Assembly: GCF_036321535.1 (NCBI RefSeq) | Contig: NC_087436.1 | Span: 10,168,001-10,232,000 of the forward strand | DNA: 64,000 nt | Source: Camelus dromedarius | Lineage: Eukaryota | Direction: 5' to 3' | Part shown: positions 63,463 through 64,000 of the stretch, one piece after another | Layout: the number at the start of each line of letters is the position of its first letter | Numbering within the stretch: position 1 is the stretch's first letter | The notes under the pieces: generated by a model | Seen by the model: the letters and a program-made list of their open reading frames with translations, nothing else | Told to the model about the DNA's origin: nothing | Databases searched by the model: none | Made by a program: the position numbers and the translations under genes

Positions 63463-64000
63463 GGTTTAGTTGAGTTTTACTTCCTAGAGGGTCACGTGAC
63501 TGTGAACTGCAGCTAGATGAGAAATCTGAGGTTTAACACAAGAGGAACACTGTTAAAAGCCATTGTATCTTCTATTTCCTCCAATAAAGTTGTCACGTTT
63601 GGGAACCCCTGTCCCAAGTGGCTTCGGGGGGGTGAGAGGAAATGATGTACCAGTTGCTGACCCCAGGCTTTGTTCTGTTAGAGCAGGCGGGCAGCTAGAT
63701 GTGAGCAGAGAAAGGGGGACAGGGGCCAAGTGGCGGGAATTGGCAGAAGGGAGGGGCATAGGCCAAATGCAGGAAACCCTACATCATATGAGCATGAGGG
63801 GTCCCTGGGCAGAGAAGGAAAAGCAGGAACCTCTGGGCTGATAAGTGGTCACACATTTTGGGGTGACAAGTGTCCTAGAGGACAAGAAAGAAAGGAAAAG
63901 GCAGGAGTCTCCAGTGTTCGAATGTAACTTTCTGCTCATTATGCCCTCATTACAATAAAATAGCCTTGCAGATCAGAAGTACCCATCGTTCACTGACGCC

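Larger units (their letters stand above)
46707..64000 (-). other. MARCHF1: MARCHF1 intron upstream of the RING-CH exon (donor lies outside the window)
   Basis: No recognisable N-terminal MARCH1 exon (...SVCPSTQDICR) found up to the window end. Confidence 0.8.

Noticed and set aside
1..64000. Prokaryote-type systems (CRISPR array, operon, defence island)
   Set aside because: The sequence is mammalian intron/exon DNA; no regularly spaced repeat-spacer array and no gene-dense region.

Overview
Mammalian genomic DNA, not prokaryotic, so almost all of the ORF track is noise. The window holds the 3' part of MARCHF1 (MARCH1, membrane-associated RING-CH E3 ubiquitin ligase 1) on the minus strand. 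Three coding exons are present: the RING-CH exon (46526-46706), the TM1 exon (9612-9759) and the TM2/C-terminal exon (541-836), followed by the start of the 3' UTR. All have canonical GT/AG sites and splice phases that join in frame; the N-terminal exons lie beyond the right edge. The rest is intron filled with repeats: tRNA-derived SINEs I recognise as the camelid Vic-1 type (so probably camel, alpaca or llama; inference), many 5'-truncated L1 3' ends with target-site duplications (TSDs), old L1M/L2/MIR copies, DNA transposon relics (MER20, MER5A, MER58A, Charlie1, internally deleted Tigger1) and two ERV solo LTRs, one MER41-like. Repeat names come from remembered consensus sequences and boundaries are approximate. 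I found no convincing novel biological system. The best second-look items are a probable SINE-L1 chimeric insertion, a MER41-like LTR with decayed GAS sites inside an immune gene, an inverted L1 pair that could form dsRNA, an NF-kB/STAT6/CEBP motif cluster, and an unexplained coding-like stretch near 60.5-60.9 kb.
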